This document shows positions 10,371-19,560 of a DNA stretch of 20,000 nt, one piece after another. The notes beneath the pieces were generated by a model. It had not been told where the DNA came from and ran no database searches. It was given only the letters and a program-made list of their open reading frames with translations. Positions within the stretch are counted from its first letter, which is position 1; every line of letters starts with the position of its first letter. Origin of the DNA: Lobosporangium transversale (taxonomy: Eukaryota); contig NW_019028998.1 in NCBI RefSeq assembly GCF_002105155.1, positions 670,172-690,171 of the forward strand, given 5' to 3'. A program made the position numbers and the translations under genes.

Positions 10371-11974
10371 CAGTGGTCATCAAAAGTCATTCAATGAATT
10401 AGGAATTTCGACATTCTCATTCCTTTCTCCAATTTGATCTTGCTTGTCGCTAATGAAACTTACGTAGCGAGTTTGACCATCGACAACGTCACTCCTACTA
10501 CAATGTCAATGAGCTCCTGTTGCTAATTGAAAATTTAGATGAATGCCAATTATTGGCATCTCATTGAATGACATTTGAAGAAAATCAGGAGCTTTGCTTT
10601 ATTTGTTTTTTTTTTCTGTTCTTCAGTAATGTGTACGACCTCCTTTCATGCGATGTAGCTCCTCTACCCTTCGTGGCATACTTTCATATAGCTCATCAAG
10701 GAAGTCAGGTGGAATAGATGTCCAGATATCCTGTAGTCTTTCCCATAGTTCATCCGGATCCTTTGGTACCTTCTCATATCCCTTGAGCCGATGATCCATG
10801 TAGGCCCATACATTCTCGATAGGGTTGAGGTCAGGAGAATTTGGAGGCCACTCCAAAGTGGTAATGTGTGACTTAATTAAGAACTCTTTAACCATCCTAC
10901 TCGTATGAACACTTGCATTGTCCTGCTGAAAAATTAACTTTTCAGGGTCCTGGCCATACCACTTCCACGAGCCGAGGACATAATCTTGTAGAACATCAAC
11001 ATATGAAGAGGAATCAACTGTGACAGGGATCCTGCAACCATCGCCTACACCATGATAAGTGATACAGCCCCACCACATAAGTTTGTTATGTGCTCCCCTT
11101 GATCTCTCTCTAACATCTCGATCTTCTAAAGTCCTGTGGCCGGGTCGCCTATATTGTGTTCTTCCTCCTAAGGACCCTAGCCTTTCAAAAAGCTTTTCGT
11201 CCGAGAACATCACTCGCTTCCAGTCATCAACAGTCCAGTCAAGGTGGTTGAGGGCAAAATTCTTCCTTTTCGCAATCTGCATTTTTGTCAGCCTAGGCTT
11301 GAATGGGCGGACATAGTTTTTCAAACCCTCTGATTTTACATAGCGTCGGGCAGTCTCTACACTGACATGCACTCCATGACTCGATCTGATGTATTCTTGA
11401 ACTGCCAGAATGGATCTAAGTTTCCCCGTATCAACCTCGCGTGCAATTGCCCTCTTGGTAGCAGGGGAAACCAATGAGGGTCTGCCCATTCTGGGTTTAG
11501 GAATATTGTCCTTGACGTCCCTCCTGATCCTTATTGCCGATGGAATAGAGATACCAAGTTTCCTTGCCACTTCGCTTGTAGACTTCCCTTGTCGAAGTAA
11601 GGCCTGAGCATTGTGTACCTTTTCCATAGAAAGCGTCCTCATAATAAATACTAAACGATGTGGAATGTTAATTGTAAGTAGAGGTGTAAGAAGATATAGC
11701 TGAAGGTAACCTTGGTAGAAAAAAGAGAAGTGAAAAAGTTTTTTTTGCAATCAACATTGAAATTCAGCAGAAGTCATTCAATAGGCAGGTCAAATTGAAA
11801 TTGGTTTTATTTCACAATGAAGTCATAATTGGGAATGAGACATGAAAGTAATCATGAGGTGTGGGGAACAAATGCACTACCCCAAATATACTAGCCACAT
11901 GCTAGATGAGAATGAAGAAAAGGAATGAGAATGTTAAAAATTCAAAATCATTGAATGACTTTTGATGACCACTG
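10371..11974 (-). mobile_element. Tc1-like DNA transposon B (1604 bp)
   Basis: TA|CAGTGGTCATCAAAAGTCATTCAATGA is a 27-bp perfect TIR with further imperfect similarity. TA at 10369-10370 and 11975-11976. Confidence 0.95.
10623..11642 (-). CDS. Tc1 transposase, DD34E, 339 aa
   Basis: Likely ATG at 11642 (MRTLS...). GRP, FSDEK, FQQDNA, WPPNSPDLNPIE with 34-residue spacing. Confidence 0.95.
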   Translation of the reverse strand: MRTLSMEKVHNAQALLRQGKSTSEVARKLGISIPSAIRIRRDVKDNIPKPRMGRPSLVSPATKRAIAREVDTGKLRSILAVQEYIRSSHGVHVSVETARRYVKSEGLKNYVRPFKPRLTKMQIAKRKNFALNHLDWTVDDWKRVMFSDEKLFERLGSLGGRTQYRRPGHRTLEDRDVRERSRGAHNKLMWWGCITYHGVGDGCRIPVTVDSSSYVDVLQDYVLGSWKWYGQDPEKLIFQQDNASVHTSRMVKEFLIKSHITTLEWPPNSPDLNPIENVWAYMDHRLKGYEKVPKDPDELWERLQDIWTSIPPDFLDELYESMPRRVEELHRMKGGRTHY

Positions 11975-12244
11975 TATCTCCTACTCTCTTACATACCCAC
12001 CTGCCTAGTCTGGAAAAGGTCATTCTGCCTTACCCTAAGCCTAGGTTCTCGACAGACTTTGAGTACCAACCACGGCGGCCAGGGTTTATGAAATCATGGA
12101 TACAGCGGCTCTTGTCGTTTGTGCAGTAATAGCTGTTTATTGACTATAGTTTCTGTAGCATTTTGTTCATAGAGTGTAGAAAATAAATCCCATGACCCTG
12201 AGGGTCCTTGTTATCAAAAAAAAAAATAAAAAAAAAAAAAAAAA

Positions 12245-12444
12245 CCCCCCCGTCTTGCCTGGACGTGAGCTCAGCCACCCGATCCTCCCCGCTATAATAA
12301 ATAGTGGACTCTCCGTCCCTGAAGTGTTCCTTACCTTTATCTTGGTACAACACTTCAGGTATGCAACCTCATTCATCTCAGCACTAGTTACTTGTATAGT
12401 ATTATATGTATCATAAACTAATAAAGACCTTTATCTTGGTACAA
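12245..12444 (+). mobile_element. Internal LTR fragment trapped between two poly(A) tails
   Basis: TATA-like at 12293, 11-bp hairpin stem 12318-12328/12349-12359, CAG|GTATGC donor, AATAAA 12420-12425, and an 18-bp direct repeat at 12333-12350/12427-12444. Same layout as the LTR at 19553-19937. No termini visible. Confidence 0.55.
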
Positions 12445-12544
12445 TTTTTTTTTTTTTTTTTTTTTTTTCCTGTTAACAAGAACCCACAGAGGTGAGGAAT
12501 TTTATTTCATAATCTCGCTCTAAAGTAATGATATCGCCCTCAAC

Positions 12545-12758
12545 TGTAAATAGTAACAATCAAAGGTGATCTTAGGTGGAATCGAAGGTCAAAGGATACT
12601 TTATTTGGCTATAACGTAGTGGACTATTTATACTGATAATTGATAGGGTTGGGGCTTGGTGTCTTGGCACTTGGGCTTGACGTCTTGGCGCCTGGGGTGC
12701 GCGTGATAGTTGAGCCCTCCTCAAAGGTTTGAGTTCAGTATTGTATAACACGTTTGCA
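12545..12758 (-). mobile_element. Short solo LTR (214 bp)
   Basis: TGTAAA...TTTGCA termini with perfect TSD TCAAC (12540-12544, 12759-12763). Minus-strand TATAAATAG followed by AATAAA. Imperfect 21-bp tandem at 12652-12693. Confidence 0.85.
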
Positions 12759-12785
12759 TCAACTATGAAACAAGCGAAACTCTCA

Positions 12786-12858
12786 TTTAGAGCGAGATTA
12801 TGAAATAAAATTCCTCACCTCTGTGGGTTCTTGTTAACAGGAAAAAAAAAAAAAAAAA
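12786..12858 (+). mobile_element. 56-bp + poly(A) 5'-truncated retro-insertion with 19-bp TSD
   Basis: Exact reverse complement of 12469-12524 plus A17, flanked by GAAACAAGCGAAA(C/T)TCTCA at 12767-12785 and 12859-12877. Confidence 0.88.
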
Positions 12859-13324
12859 GAAACAAGCGAAATTCTCAAAGTTCGCACGGGATGGCTGTGA
12901 AGAGCCAATTCGTATCCATGTTTTTCTCTACCAATGTACACCGTGATCGGTACTCGAAGTCCATCCTTCCGATGTGGCCTGTTGCGCCCGTGAAAAGCCG
13001 CGGAGGCTGGCGTGCCGACTCTAGCTAAGGACGACTTTTAATTTTTTCTATTCGATCAAATCCACTGGCATGTGGACCCAAATCTTGCGGAATTGGTCTG
13101 AAATTTCTACTTTGGACTCCGTCAAACTTTGTGATCATCGCTGTCCTAGTCAAGTGGGTGGATGGGGATGTGCTGCCAGATGTACCGCTGGTTCGGCTGG
13201 GGGGTGGAATATATACCTAAGACATGTGGCCAGCCAGGCGACTTAGGGTAGTGCACCCACGATCTTAGCCTTAGCGGAGAACACTAGGCTGTCTCGGAGA
13301 GAAAGTATAAAAACTCAAGCAAAT

Positions 13325-13861
13325 TGTCACGAACAGCAAGCAATGTCTAGCTCATGAATTGATGAATGACTTTTGTCTGATTCGAATCTGAAAAAGATCA
13401 CGTGTGCTTGATTAATTTGTTCCGCTCATTTCCTTCACTCATTCCTCCATGCATAGTTTGCCTGTCAAGCCAAGTCGCGTCTCCTAGTTTTCTAGCTCCG
13501 TGAATAGCTCCAAGGATTCTAGAAGAGCTATAAACCAATAACCAAGGCTTATAGTGCCAAGGAACCTTGAAATAAGATTGCACCAGATATCTTCCTCGGA
13601 TCCTGTGTATTAAGTTAACTCAACACTTGAAGTTCCGCATATGGTAAAAGTCCTTAGGAAATATTTGAGTAAGCTTTATTTAGAGTTCTTGAAGCGCGTC
13701 TCCGCTTCAGTCAAACAAGTATAAATATGATAGATTTGTAACATAGTAAACCTCAGTCTGCAATAAAACTATTCGTGAATCCATTCTAGTTCTCAGCTCA
13801 TTATCATTCTTGTTATTCATTCACTTACCTTTCCTTGCAAACCCTTTGTCAGTCCTTGACA
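13325..13861 (+). mobile_element. Solo LTR (537 bp) with non-matching flanks
   Basis: TGTCA...TGACA termini, TATAAA motifs near 13528 and 13720, AATAAA 13762-13767. The right end coincides with loss of integrase similarity. Flanks are CAAAT and GGACC. Confidence 0.75.
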
Positions 13862-16607
13862 GGACCTCTGACATGAACTGACTGCCTCTATCGGAAATCA
13901 GCTCTGCGGGGCAACCAAAGTTCATGACAATTTCCTCATAAATGAAATTTGAGACTGTCTCGGCAGTGGCGTCAGGCGTAGCTTTGGCTATTGTCCAGCT
14001 AGTGGCGTAATCTACAGCGACTATTATCCACATGTTTCCATTCTTAGTCTTGGGACAGCGTCCGATGAAATCGATACCCCAGCGTTGGAAGGGTTTAGCC
14101 ACCGAGAAAGTGTGGAGAGGTTCGGTGACCGTTGCTCCTCCGCGAGTCAGCTGGCATTCCTTGCAAGTACGGCATGCTTCTTGAATGCTCTCACGCATAC
14201 GAGGCCACCAATATCTAGGCTGGATGCGTTCAAATAAGCCTTGCGCACCGGGGTGTCCCATACTTTCATGCATTTTGGCCATGTAATCTGCGCGCCGAGC
14301 GAAATTTAAAAATTCTACTTGCGTATCACCCATCACTCTAAACACTTTCCCGTCTTCCACCACAAAATTATCCTCTTCCTCCCTCATTAAACCTAGGAAG
14401 TCCTGGTGTACGGGGTCAGCGAGGGTGCCCGTTTCCTTATACTCGACCATTAATAGAGGCCAATCCATATCTTCCAGTGTCTCGTCAAACTCTGCCTCTT
14501 CCATGGCCATCAATAATGCCTCCTCGAACGCCTCAACACCTGCGTCGTGGTTACTCTCTTTTATTCCGAGCTCCCCGTTGGCGAGTTCCATGAAGTTGCA
14601 GGTGACGTCCTTGGTATTCTCCTCATTAGGCCTAGAAAGAGCATCGGCAACAGGGTTATCCTTGCCCGGACGATAGATGATAACATGATCTTGTTGCTCC
14701 ATGTGTTGGCTCCATCCCGCCATGCGTCTGCTCATGCCTTTTTGTCGTTTTAAGAACACCAAACTGTGATTGTCGGTCAAGATGTTGACTGTTCTGCCCT
14801 GGATATAAGTACGCCATTCGTCGCAAGCGCGCACAATTGCATACAATTCGCGCTCATGTGTTGGCCATTTCTGCTGACCCTCATCTAATTTCCTCGACAT
14901 GAAAGCGATAGGGTGCATTTCCTTCCGGCCGTTTGAACCAAAGTCCTGACTCAGGACGGCACCAATGGCAGTGAGGGACGCATCAGTCTCGATGAAAAAG
15001 GGGCGAGAAAAATCGGCAAGGCGTAGAACGGGAGCTGAGGCGAGGGTTTGCTTGAGGTCGTCGAAGGCAGCTTGTTCTCTCTCGCCCCACGGCGAGGGGA
15101 GAGGTCTGGTCTTGATTTTGTTGTTGTCTTTTTCTTTTGTGAGATCTGTGAGGGGAGCGGCCCGAGAGGCATAGTTTTTAATAAATTTGCGGTAGTAGCC
15201 AGCCATACCTAAAAATCGACGAACCTCTTGAACATTGGTGGGCGCCGTCAATGATTGGATGCTTTCTGTCTTTGAGGGGTCGACTTTCAAGCCTTCACCG
15301 CTCACAACGTGGCCTAAGAAGAGGAGTTCAGGCTTGCCGAATTCGCATTTGGACATCTTGACCTTGAGTTGATACTTCGCCAGACGTTCAAGTACCCAAC
15401 GCAAATGTTCCTTATGGTCCTCAGGGTTGCGACTGAATACTAGGATATCATCCATGAAGACTAAACAAAATTTATCTAGACCGCCTTGCAGAACTTCATT
15501 CATCATCCCCTGGAAGGACGCAGGTGCGTTAGTCAAACCAAAAGGCATCACCAAATATTCAAAGTGACCATAGCGGGTACCAAAAGCGGTCTTTTCCACG
15601 TCGCTGGGGTTAACTCGAATCTGATTGAAGCCTGATTGCAAATCGAGTTTAGAAAACTCGGTTGCACCTGAGAGTCGGTCGAAGAATTCATCAATGAGTG
15701 GCAGAGGGTACTTATTCTTGACGGTAATTGCATTGAGCGCGCGGTAGTCTACACACAGACGGAGGCCTCCGTCTTTCTTCCTAGCGAATACAACGGGCGC
15801 TGACCAAGGGGAAATACTGGGCCGAATGAAGCCTTTCTTCTGCAGCTCTTCTAATTGCTCCTTTAATGCATCCAGTTCCTCAGGCGACATCCTCCGCACC
15901 GGCATGGCGATAGGGAGGGCCGAGCCAGTCTCGATGCGATGATCAACGTGACGGTGTGGGGGAAGTTTGTTCAAGTCGGCGAAGACGGAGTCTGCGAATT
16001 CCTCTATCAGCGCGCGGTATCTCTCTGGGACCTTTTCTGCTCCCTCACCGGCGGCGTCAACGGAATTGACCACTAACTCTACTTCGTCCCCACTGATAAA
16101 GCAAACTCCATAATCCTCTGTAGTATTCAGGATCTTCTTGAAATGCTTCACTCCGACGAGGCGAACGTCTGTACGGTTCTTGGCCTCATGCTCTGCAGAG
16201 GTTGAGATCAGATGATCTTTTTCTTTTTCTGTAGATTCCCCATTTTTTGTCTCCTCATTTGCTTTCACCATTTCTACTTGCTCCATTCCATCGCTCTTCA
16301 CATTTCCCATTGTTGCTTCCTCGCCCTCTCTTACTGTCGTATTCCACAGTTCGTCTGTGCCTGCCACTGTCTCTGCGACACTTTCTATGACGTCTCCTTC
16401 CATTGTCCTTTCTGCAGTTTCCTTAACGCTCTTATTGTCGCTCGCCCCGGTAGATTCAATATTTGAAGCCAGCTGGCCATTATTTTCCTCCCTTACGCTG
16501 CGTATCGCCTGCCAACCTTTTCGACCTTGCCATTTGTATATTCCAGTACGCCAATTTACCTGCGGGTTCCACTTTCGCAGCCAGGGTTGCCCTAGGATGA
16601 TATCGTA
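13862..16607 (-). mobile_element. Ty3/Gypsy pol fragment A: protease C-terminus, RT, RNase H, partial integrase
   Basis: YDIILGQPWL; LCVDYRALN, MPFGLTNAP, VFMDD; TDAS...ERE...TDN...ADALSR; H-H-C-C finger; WGIDFIG, SDRGSQF. Uninterrupted frame, truncated at both ends. Confidence 0.95.
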
Positions 16608-18239
16608 CACTATCATGCAAAACTGATTCAATAATTCATTCCCATGTGCATTTCTTTTTTTCATTCCTAGAAACTGTATATGCATACACCACTCATACTT
16701 TGGTTTAATAAAGCTCCCGTCTTCTTCTACGTCATAGTGATGCGTTGTGACATTAGCTTGTCTCATTTGAATAGCTAATGACTTTTTTGTTCATGCAGGT
16801 AATTGAATCAGTTTCACATGTGGTCTAAAATGTTGCCCATGACAACTTTTGGACGTCATTTAATGCCAGTAAAAAAAGGACTTTTCTCTCTTTCCTTTAT
16901 GAACACTTGCTTAACTCTCTCTTAACTATACCTTCACAGAATATGAGACCCACTCCACAAAGGAAAGTCAACGAAGCCAGGAGGTTAATGATGGGAGGCA
17001 TGTCTACTAGAGAAACTGCTGCTAGTGTTGGTATATCAATAGCGACGGCCACCAGGATCTATGCACATAATAAGGAGTACATGCCAGTCAATAAAGGCGG
17101 TCGACCAAGGAAAGTACCCAGAGGTATCATGCAGTATCTTAAGGTGAACATGAAACGAGGTACACTCAAGTCTGCAGTTGAGGCCACCGTCAGAGCCAAC
17201 CAGCTCATACCAGCGGCTGTTTCTGAGACCACCGTTAGACGACGGCTCAAGGAGTTAGGATTGACAGCAAAGAGGCGTGTACATAAGCCAGCTTTACGTC
17301 AACGACATATTAAAGCTCGTTTGCATTTTATCAATAAGTATAAGGAATGGACTCTGGAAGATTGGAAAAAGGTTATTTGGTCAGATGAATCGAAAATAAA
17401 CCGAATCTGCTCTGATGGCGTGCAGTGGATCTGGGACGACAATCCGGGACGCCTCACTCGCAGGTCGGTGCAAGGCACTGTCAAGTTTGGGGGTGGTAAT
17501 GTTAAAGTGTGGTCATGCTTCTCATGGTACGGACCTGGATACATTGCAAAGATTGACAATAATATGGACGCACAACTTTACATCAAACTACTGCAGGAGG
17601 ATCTACAGATGTCGCTTGATGACTGGGGCCTAACTAAAAGCGATATCGTCTTTCAGCACGACAATGACTCGAAGCACACGGCGAAGATTGTTAGGAAGTA
17701 TTTGGAGTCAGTACATCTGATAGAAGAGGAAGGTACACTTCTAGAGTGGCCAGCACAATCCCCTGACCTCAACCCTATTGAACACATGTGGGCAGAATTG
17801 GATAGGCGGCTCTCTAGGTATCCGGAGCGAGCTAAGAGCTGTGATGAACTATGGGAGCGAGTATCGGTTGAATGGTACAGGATCCCAGTGGGCTTCTGCC
17901 GCAAACTCATCATAGGTATCCATAAGGGACTCCAAGCTGTCAGTGATGCCCATGGTTGGAATACTATCTATTGATGTAAGGTTATGCCTCACAAAAGAAT
18001 AAAGATCTTTGGCCACCGAATGGGCACATGTGAAACTGATTCAATGACCTGCATGAACAAAAAAGTCATTAGCTATTCAAATGAGACAAGCTAATGTCAC
18101 AACGCATCACTATGACGTAGAAGAAGACGGGAGCTTTATTAAACCAAAGTATGAGTGGTGTATGCATATACGGTTTCTAGGAATGAAAAAAAGAAATGCA
18201 CATGGAAATGAATTATTGAATCAGTTTTGCATGATAGTG
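16608..18239 (+). mobile_element. Tc1-like DNA transposon C (1632 bp) with 215-bp TIRs
   Basis: TIRs 16608-16822 and 18025-18239 (3 mismatches seen) start CACTATCATGC. TA at 16606-16607 and 18240-18241. Confidence 0.96.
16943..17974 (+). CDS. Tc1 transposase, DD39E, 343 aa
   Basis: ATG at 16943 (MRPTPQ). GGRPRK, WSDESK, FQHDND, WPAQSPDLNPIE. 39 residues lie between the second D and E. Confidence 0.95.
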   Translation: MRPTPQRKVNEARRLMMGGMSTRETAASVGISIATATRIYAHNKEYMPVNKGGRPRKVPRGIMQYLKVNMKRGTLKSAVEATVRANQLIPAAVSETTVRRRLKELGLTAKRRVHKPALRQRHIKARLHFINKYKEWTLEDWKKVIWSDESKINRICSDGVQWIWDDNPGRLTRRSVQGTVKFGGGNVKVWSCFSWYGPGYIAKIDNNMDAQLYIKLLQEDLQMSLDDWGLTKSDIVFQHDNDSKHTAKIVRKYLESVHLIEEEGTLLEWPAQSPDLNPIEHMWAELDRRLSRYPERAKSCDELWERVSVEWYRIPVGFCRKLIIGIHKGLQAVSDAHGWNTIY

Positions 18240-18240
18240 T

Positions 18241-19560
18241 ATGTATCATGCTGGCTTTGGTCATCTTGGCCGAAACGGCTTATTCGATCTGGTTTCAACT
18301 CGTGTATGGTGGCCAACCCTTCGTGCTGATATTATAACAATGGTCTCAGCTTGTCCTGAATGTCAGCTGTTAGCCCGTCAAGATGCCACTGTTGCACCTC
18401 TACATCCTCTAGAGCCTACCTTGCCCTTTCAGCGCTGGGGAATGGACTTCATAGGAGCCCTACCGAAAACCAAGAATGGCAATCGTTGGATTATCACCGC
18501 AATTGATTATGCTACCAACTGGCCCTTAGCCCGTGCTGTGCATGAAGCGACTGCATCGGCAGTTGCTGACTTTATTTATGAGGAAATTTTTATGCAGTTT
18601 GGATGTCCATCTGAAATTGTCACAGACCGTGGATCAAATTTCACGGCAGCGACCTTACAGCGATATATGAATCGGATGGGTACGAACCATCAACTAACAT
18701 CTGCATACCATCCCCGAGCCAACGGAAAGTGCGAACGATTTAACGGCTTATTAGGCACAATGATTAACAAGTTTGTCGGAAATCATCGTACAGCTTGGGA
18801 CAGATACATTTTACAAGCCTTATTCGCATGTCGAGTTCGTATACACTCTATCACTAAAGTGTCACCTTTTAAACTGGTTTATGGTCTAGATCCAGTTATC
18901 CCTGGAGATACTTCTCACCCTCATTTATTCGACTTCATAACGGAAGATGATTACTCAGCTTACAGACAACAACAGTTTGATCAGATTGATGAAATACGTC
19001 GCAAGGCAGATGGTCTACAACAGAAAGCAGCAGATCTTATGGCTTCTACCTATGACAAGCAGAATGAAATCGACGAAAATAAATTTCTTCCAGGTGATGC
19101 TGTCCTTGTGAAGCACTTCGCTAAGAAGAAATTTGATCAAAGTTTTTATGGTCCCTTACGTATTGTTCGAGCAACGCCTCTACATACCTTTCAGCTTGCA
19201 TGGCCTGACGGTACGATAAAAGCTGACTTAGTCCATCAAGATAGATTGAAGAAGGCTGTTCTAGTCGATAATGAGATGCCTAAGGCGCCTTGGTATAAAC
19301 CAAAAAGCGCTTCTGATGAATTTTCTATGGATAATTCCATGGACGGATCACCCATTGAACTTGATCCAGTAACGGCACATTTTCAAGATGCTGCACGGCA
19401 ACGTGTAGCTCAAGAGCAGTTCATCGCTGATCGTGATGCTGTAGCTCCTCCTTCTCCTATCATTCCTCCAGCAAATTCTGCTGAGATTTATCAGAGAGAG
19501 CTACGGCGTTTATCCAGGCACTCCAGGAGTAGTGCCAATCCGAATGGAGGGGTGTCGTAA
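18241..19560 (+). mobile_element. Ty3/Gypsy fragment B: integrase (zinc finger, DDE core, GPY/F-like) up to the PPT
   Basis: H...GHLG...C..C..C, WGMDFIG, TDRGSNF, YHPRANGKCER, FYGPLRI. PPT GGAGGGG at 19546-19552. The stop codon lies 8 nt inside the LTR. Confidence 0.93.

Larger units (their letters stand above)
8407..12054 (+). mobile_element. Solo LTR (~437 bp reconstructed) interrupted by two Tc1 elements
   Basis: TGTCG...CGACA termini with perfect 5-bp TSD GACTT (8402-8406, 12055-12059). Pieces 8407-8700, 10306-10370 and 11977-12054. TATAAATAG near 8669, AATAAA at 10326-10331. Confidence 0.9.
8275..12244 (+). mobile_element. Poly(A)-tailed non-LTR retroelement 3' portion (copy 1), split into 8275-8406 and 12060-12244
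   Basis: Removing the GACTT-flanked LTR restores a continuous sequence that aligns with the element at 12445-13324. It ends AAATAAA, hairpin GACCC-TGA-GGGTC (12194-12206), CTTGTTATC, then poly(A) 12216-12244. The 5' boundary is uncertain. Confidence 0.6.
12445..13324 (-). mobile_element. Poly(A)-tailed non-LTR retroelement 3' portion (copy 2), with two insertions and cut by an LTR
   Basis: Poly(T) 12445-12468. Minus-strand end is AAATAAAA...GGGTTCTTGTTAACAGG(A)n. 28/31 match of 12957-12987 to 8376-8406, continuing into 12055-12111. No coding motif recognised. Confidence 0.6.

Noticed and set aside
11643..11750. N-terminal extensions of transposase ORFs from TTG starts (also 16907-16942)
   Set aside because: Non-ATG starts. 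The downstream ATGs match the N-terminus length of the other Tc1 transposase.
12545..12750. LTR ending at TATAACA (12750)
   Set aside because: No TSD. Extending to 12758 gives a perfect TCAAC duplication.
12975..13020. HDV-ribozyme-like words (CAGCCTCC...GGGCGCAACA) on the minus strand
   Set aside because: The L3 loop is too short, no P1/P2 partners were found, and the related element lacks the upstream part.
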